A DNA stretch of 64,000 nucleotides. Source: Schmidtea polychroa (Eukaryota). The stretch is from the NCBI GenBank assembly GCA_044892525.1, contig CM097886.1, positions 79,918,001 to 79,982,000 of the forward strand, in the 5' to 3' direction. This document shows, piece after piece, positions 57,538 through 64,000 of the stretch; position 1 is the first letter of the stretch, and each line of letters starts with the position of its first letter. Below the pieces are notes generated by a model. It had not been told where the DNA came from. It was given only the letters and a program-made list of their open reading frames with translations, and ran no database searches. A program made the translations under genes and the position numbers.

Positions 57538-60500
57538 AACTTATAACTCAAGTATACCAGTGTGAAGGAGGTATAATAACGGCAGCATGGAAAGATTTAG
57601 CAACAAGATATAAAGAGAAACTAAAGGAAGCAGGCCCAGATCAATATCAGTTAAGTATTCAACACCCCGAGATTCAGATACAGACTATTGAATTAAAAGG
57701 AACAAATACCGATGAACTGTACAACTGGGTACAGGAAAAAATGGGAACGAGCCATAAAAATAAACAATTATATGTCGATGGTTACAAAGTTAAAATGGGC
57801 ATACATTTGGTAGATGCGATGATATGGCCAAACGAAACTAACATCTTAACCTTAGAGAAAACCAGAGACGACGAATCAGTGGCGGAAATGTTCCAGAAAA
57901 TCCAACAAGTGTTTAACAATGAAGTGGAACCAGAATTGGAAAAGATCGAACGAAAAATAATGAAAGAAAACCAAATAATCTTGGTTAAACAAGCTATCGA
58001 TCAGGCAAGAAAATATATTAATAGACTGAGAAAAAGATGGCCACAACTAATGAAACAATTTGTCAAAGACGTACGAGACACAGAAATTATGAGATTCGAA
58101 GATAAACGAGCGACAGAATTGATATCTAAATACGGAGAATACGAGAGAACCAAATGCGAACGAGAAACGATAAAAATAAAGGTGAAGTTGCCAAATGAAG
58201 AGAAACAAATAATAGAAGTTGACCCCGATTGCCAAGTTGACGAGTTAGTGCAAATCATAGATCAAGAGATCATCCAAAAAGCTCGAGAAAATAGTGAGGA
58301 TGGAATGATCGAAGATGTGATAATAATGTACAACCGGCATATGTTAGAAAGAGGAGACCGAACTGTAATTTACGAACTAGGAATCTGGGAAGATGGAGCC
58401 GTCATCAATATAATCGCGATGGATGAACCATCGGGTGGACACAAAAACGCCACCAAAACCGATCAACAAATCAAGAGATTCCAATGGGGAATGAGAGCCA
58501 AGATGGATCGAATAATAGATATTTATAACCATTGGCTAAAGGATGACAAACTAAAACTAACACCATTCAATGACGAAGATTGCAAACTGATACCGTGGAA
58601 GAAGGTGTGGATCGAAAATGAAGTTCGATGGGATTGGGAGCAGCAAAAGTTGGAACCAAATTGGATAGATAATATACCAGAAGAGATCGCAGCAGTATGG
58701 GTAAGAGAGAAACCGATCGATACTTACCAGGATATATTACCACAAGAATTCCAAAATGAATTACAACCAGGAGAAGATGAGGAGATACGAGAACCGGTAA
58801 GGTTAGCACCATTCACGTGGAAAATTGAGAATTGGATGGAAAAGATAAAATTAGCAAAAAAGGAGAAAATCACACGATTAGTAAGCCCGTCGTTCTACTC
58901 AGGATTAGGTGAGTACAAGATGAAATTGCGAATATACCCGAACGGAGACGGGGTAGGAAAAGGAAGTTATGTGTCGGCATTCTTCATCATCTGCAAAGGG
59001 AATTATGACGGCAAGGTACCATGGCCGTTTAGCAGAAAAGTGACGATAGCGATTGAACCACTGAAAGATAGCCTTAACATACATAAAGAAACATTGAAAC
59101 CAGATCCAAGGAGCGCCTGCTATCAACGACCAACAACATCAGAAAATATCGCTTCAGGGACACCTAAATTAATACGTCTAAATTACATTGAGAATGAGCA
59201 GTCAATATTTGTGAAAGACAATGCTATCCAGATCAGAGTAGAAGTTGAAACAGAACAAGAAATGAACCAACGACTGAACATACCAGAAAATCAACCGAGA
59301 ATCTGTATGATGAGGAGAAGACTGCTTGATTCAGGACATCTGCCAATAGACGCCGACGCAGATGAGGAAGAAGCAGCAACATTGTTGGAAGCACAAAAAT
59401 GTAAGGAGTTGATGGAGATATTACAAAACGGTGCGAAAAATCGTCGACGAGCGGTGGTAGAACTAGCAAAATGGGTAGCCAAATCATGCAAAAGGATTCA
59501 AAACCTACGAAAGATCGTTAAAGCGATTGAAGAATATCGACGGGTATACGTATGGTACCCTGAACAATTTGGTGAAATCATCCGGAAATGGAAACAACAA
59601 GAGTGGGCCGAAAACTCACCTGAGAAATATCAACTAAAAATATTCTTGCCAGATTTTGAACCAATGGAAAAGGAATTCTACACAACAGCCAAGGTCAGGG
59701 AAGTTAAAAAGAGAATACCTTATGAACTCCCATTCCACTTACAACACGAGGGACGATCATTAGACGACGATATTGAGATTGGTGTGACACCACTCCAAGG
59801 AGAAATTGTGAACAGATTAACGGTGAGTAAAATTGCAGGTAGAGAGTTAAGGAGAAGAGAGATAAAGCAAAAATCATCCACCCAACAACCAGGAAGTTTG
59901 GACACACCAGAAGTTCCAAATGCGGTTAGTGAAGTGACGATCGAAACAACGGGAGAAGACGAAATACTAGACGAATTACAGGAGATAGTAGAAGCAGGCG
60001 AGATTATGAGAGCATCGCAATCGGGAGATCTATTTATCGACGAAGGTGAACCAACAATTGATGATCTAGATGGATTTGTATGTGCGCAAAGACAACCAGT
60101 GGAAACGACAGAAGCCGAGACGGATTTAGATAATGTGGGAGGAAGTGCCAATAAAGATGTAACCACAACCGATGAATGGAGTAACTGGAGAGTAGATCCA
60201 GGAGCGACCACGTCAAAAGATACAACTTACAATCCGCCAAAACGGAAAGAAACCGGAACGGCTATGGATCGACGAACAAGAGGAAGACCAAAAACAGATA
60301 AAGCAGAGGTGGAACCAAAATCCAAAATTCAAGCACAAATGGAACAGGTAAAAACTAAAATGGATAAACTAAGCGCATTAGTAAAACAAGTCAAAGTGAA
60401 AACAAATGTCCGGGAACAAGGGACACGATGGATAAACGACTTATTAGCTAACATGTTAGCGTTAGCAAATCCAGATGTGAAAAGAGTAATGAGGAAGGAT

Positions 60501-60929
60501 CATATCCCGACCGAAGCCAAACAATTATGGGCGGTATTGAAACCGATAATAATGAAAATCATGGATAATAAAATTCGATTAACGTTAAAGGATCCCGTGG
60601 AACTCAGATTAATTGTGGAACATCTGTTAAGCAGATCAGAAGACCAAAATCGATATTTAGTGGGATTAGCATATTTGGTGTATAACGTCATTGGTCAATA
60701 TAAAAAACGAATGCCAAAATATAACGCAACTGGTTACGAATTCACAGTAACAGAAATAATCAAACGATCAATAGAACCATATATACTTGAACAAGGGGGA
60801 TGGAGAAACTTCATCGAATCAACTGGGAAGAAAGATCAAACGGAAATGATGCAAGCAAAGTTACGCGATTTGCTAACTGAATTCGAAGGAACAATCAATA
60901 TGAACGACCCAAGAGCAAGCCGAAAGGGA
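57528..60929 (+). CDS. Accessory polyprotein region: UBL1 (57645-57854), UBL2 (58170-58415), TRAF-C/MATH (58809-59246), UBL3 (59628-59825), Bcl-2-like (~60429-60830)
   Basis: The frame is open from 57528 and overlaps the end of Gag. TRAF motifs FTWKI, SPSFY, RIYPNGDG, WPF..KVT, QRP..N.ASG.P; BH2-like IEPYILEQGGWRNF; ubiquitin-like strand/helix patterns. Confidence 0.85.
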
Positions 60930-63144
60930 ATGAATGCCATAATAACCACGATATTGATATGGATGATGTGTATCAAGGGAACGGAGTCATTTGCAGTATA
61001 CGACTGCGACAACATAAAAATCCATGAGAAATATTCATTAAAGGATACGGAAGACTGTAAAGCGGCAAACCCAAGAAAATTACAAACAGTCATGGCATCA
61101 GTTTCGTATAACGTATATCAAGAAGCAGATTTCATCAAAACCATGGTCCAAGAGTGTACAGTAAACCAGAAAGATATTCGCACATCACTGCGGTTCATCC
61201 TCACACTCAACAATCATAGAACCGGGATTGGAATCGACAGTAATATTATTATCAAGAGAGGAATGTGAGGAAGGATTTCGATCGGGGAGAATTCACTTAA
61301 GACAAGGGATTGAAATTGCTGCAGAAGCAGGAAAAATAAAAACGACTCGCGTATATACGGCAGGCAGAATAACCAAAGGGGATGGAACATGCGAGACGGG
61401 AACATACACCCTGAACGGACAGCTGGTTAGTGGAGTGGTCGTAATAGAAAGTTACGAAGCTAAATTAGAAAGATATCAAGGTTATTTCGACCCTGACACG
61501 CAAGCAATGAAGAAATACCCAAGTTGTCTCGCATCAGATCGATCATGTTCAACCGGAATGTCAACCCTGGTATACCACGCAGATCAGAAAGTATGTCGAC
61601 TAATGTTACTCAAAACGGCAATATTCGAGGAAATCCAAGGGAAAGTGTACAGTGAACCAAAAGGAGCAGCAGAAAGACGAGCGATGGAAGAATTGAGAGC
61701 AAGGAAAGGATTCAGAGAAGACGTAATAACATCGAAATTGGAATCGGAAGTAACACCCACAGCGATAATCTCCAAAGATGATGGAATAGGAATGAGATTC
61801 ATAAAGAACAAAATGGTGAGTAAATGCGATGAGATGGTGATCAGTACCAATTATAAAGGGATCTACTTGTCGCGGAGAACCCTAGCAAATGCAGTCGGAA
61901 GACTAAGCGAAAAAGATGTCAAATTATATTTATATGCTAATAATAAGATGGATTTCTTATATCACAGAGGATTAACATCCACGGAAAAAGTCTACCATGA
62001 TCTGTTAAGAAACGATTGCCTGCTCAACAAAGAAATATTGAGAACGAAATTAGCAATGGCGATTACAAATCCAGATAACGCAATCCCGTTACTACCATTA
62101 CAGGAAGGATATTTCGGACGAATTGTAGGCGAAGTGATGTACACCTACCAATGCAAGAAGATAATGGCAAGATTGCCGGAAAACCCTACAATACCAAGGG
62201 ATAAATGTGCAAACGAACTCGAAATCATTCACGAAGGTAAACCCAGGTTTGTGCAAGCAGTCACCAGGATAATGAACCCGGCAGGATTTCAGCCAAATTT
62301 GTTTAATTGCAGTAATGCATATGGACCAATGTATGAGGAAGAGGATGGACAATGGGTTCAATTTCCAAGTAAAACAATCGTAGTAACACCCAAGAAGTTC
62401 GGATTGACGGAACTAACAACAGAACTAGAGTTCAAACCGATAGACGTATCCCAGAGTGGATTATATACACCAAAAGATCTTGAATCAGCAAGAGCCCACA
62501 TGTTATTCCCAGCACAAAGACAGGCGATCTTATCAAATATAGTGACTATTTCTGGAGGAAATAATTATGGGGAGAGCCCAAATTACGAGCTACTATTATC
62601 ACCAAGTCACTATCAACAGGCAACAGCAAATATGATGAAGGCTATGTGGGGTCGATTTTTGGTATTCGGCCAAATGATGGCAGGGATACTCGGAATCATT
62701 CTGATAATACAAATAGTCAGAGTGATACTAACTCAGATGCTAGCATGTTTTGATATTTATAAACGCGAGAGAAAAGTAAATTGGAAACTTGCAATTGGAT
62801 TCTTACCGTTCTTAGCGAAGACAATGGTGCTGCATGGACACTCAAAGGATATCCATCGAATAAAGAGATTGTTGAAAATATTAACGCAAATGAAAGGGAC
62901 AGACGAAGAAGTCGGACGTAAGTTCAAAGTAATAATGAGATTAGAAGCAGAAAGAACTCAAGAGAAAGCGAAAAGAACCGGGAAGTGGAAAAGGTGGATG
63001 AACCTCAGACGAGACGATGATAGTGATGACAATGATGATTTCGACGACGATGATAATAACCAAGGAGGAGCAATGTTGATAAACAAAAACCCAACCACTT
63101 GGGAAAACGAAAAAATGAAACCATGGGGATCACCATATTTATAG
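60930..63144 (+). CDS. env: Envelope glycoprotein, chuvirus/mononegavirus-like; 1-nt frameshift at ~61164
   Basis: Internal signal MNAIITTILIWMMCIKGTES then FAVYDC. The +1 correction gives ECTV-TRKIFAHHCGSSSH. LYLYANNKMDFLY, GYFGRIVGEVMYTYQC, C.NEL, TRIMNPAG..C; TM segment ~62656-62740. Confidence 0.85.
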
Positions 63145-64000
63145 GCACCAACTAATGGACCAATGCGACGACCAGGAACAATGAGAGAACGGATAAGAAT
63201 GGGAACCGCAAGATTACCCATACCGAACATTTATCCAACAGCTTATGAACCAAATTGGGCAGCAATGGATCCAACGATGATCAAACAGGCTAAAAGTGTA
63301 GAACAAGAAGTGGAGACACGAACGATCGGGGTATTGCAGACACCAGCCGGACCATCATTAACCATCACGGTTGAAGTAAACGGAATAGAAATGGATGCAA
63401 TGATTGATACCGGAGCGAATATCTCAGCAATAAATATGAATATGCTACCAGGTAGACTATGGCCATGCATCGAGGAGACAACCATGGATGTAATAACATG
63501 CAGCTAACAATCCATAGCGGTAGTAGGAAGAGTATGGTCAACGATCGAATATAAAGGGGTTAAAGTTACAACGTACCTCGCAGTCATTAGACAGCTAAGC
63601 GTATCATGTATAATTGGAACAGATGTAATGCCGGAATTATTGAAGGAAATTGTGATTGATTTGAGTTCCATGAAATTAAAAGATAAAACTGGACAGATAT
63701 GCACAATGAGAACAGAAGTGAGATGCTCCGAAAAAATGATAATACCAGCACGTACCCAGACAATATGTTATGTCAAGGTCGATAACGAAGCCAAAGGAGA
63801 TATGATATTTGAACCAAGTCAAAAATTCGAGAAGAGAAGAGAGCTGCCATTGGCAAGAGAAATTGTCAGTATAAATGAGGATAACGAGATACCCATTAAC
63901 ATCACCAATTTTGATGAGGAAGATAAAGTAATCTACGAAAACGAGAGACTTGGAAAACTCACACCAATGATGAACATTGAGCTGCCGGAGATAAAAAGCG
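63145..64000 (+). CDS. pol: Pol 5' end: aspartic protease followed by a degenerate dUTPase-like spacer; in-frame TAA at 63505-63507
   Basis: AMIDTGANISAI and, after the TAA in the same frame, CIIGTDV then IPARTQTICYV..LAREIV..IPINITN. Same frame as Env across the TAG at 63142-63144. Confidence 0.88.

Larger units (their letters stand above)
45885..64000 (+). mobile_element. Giant Ty3/gypsy (Metaviridae) retrovirus-like element, 5' part; continues beyond the window
   Basis: Long LTR, tRNA-Pro PBS, Gag with CCHC knuckles, Env, aspartic protease (DTG). RT is not reached by 64000. The left boundary is inferred. Confidence 0.93.

Noticed and set aside
57520-57540. Programmed -1 frameshift between Gag and the accessory region
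   Set aside because: No X-XXY-YYZ slippery heptamer; adding one A to AGAAAT restores a single frame, so mutation or assembly error is more likely.
59370-59610. Weak resemblance of a helical segment to a CTD-interacting (CID) domain
   Set aside because: Only a few residues match; not supportable without a profile search.
55299-63704. Many 60-160-aa minus-strand ORFs over gag/env/pol
   Set aside because: Shadow ORFs expected opposite an A-rich coding strand; no recognisable motifs.

Overview
AT-rich eukaryotic (animal) genomic DNA. Very low GC, 43-bp introns and giant LTR elements suggest a planarian-like flatworm, but the host is an inference. Host genes: the last coding exon of a Rab4-like GTPase (1302-1780), a complete six-exon ACOT8/TesB-like acyl-CoA thioesterase on the minus strand spread over 27 kb (39489-12310), and an intronless KH-like ORF (44428-45216). 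Most of the rest is mobile DNA: a deleted Ty3/gypsy element, hAT, piggyBac, Tigger, Merlin and DD39D-mariner relics, MITEs and a 3.6-kb solo LTR. Two elements stand out. (1) An 8.07-kb Maverick/Polinton (17687-25753; 6-bp TSD, ~1.27-kb TIRs) encodes a truncated pPolB, a truncated packaging ATPase, a major capsid protein and a ZnF-PLA2-integrase fusion. It also carries a small family of tRNA-sized Pol III-type units (A box, B box, T-run terminator). (2) The 5' 18 kb of a giant Ty3/gypsy retrovirus-like element (~45885 to window end) has a ~5.6-kb ORF-bearing LTR, a tRNA-Pro PBS and a 4-kb structured leader containing an IAP-type RING ORF. Its reconstructed polyprotein runs Gag - 3 ubiquitin-like domains - TRAF-C - Bcl-2-like - chuvirus-type envelope - protease, so Env lies before Pol together with a cell-death/ubiquitin-signalling cassette. 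All domain calls are motif recognition by eye; no searches were run.
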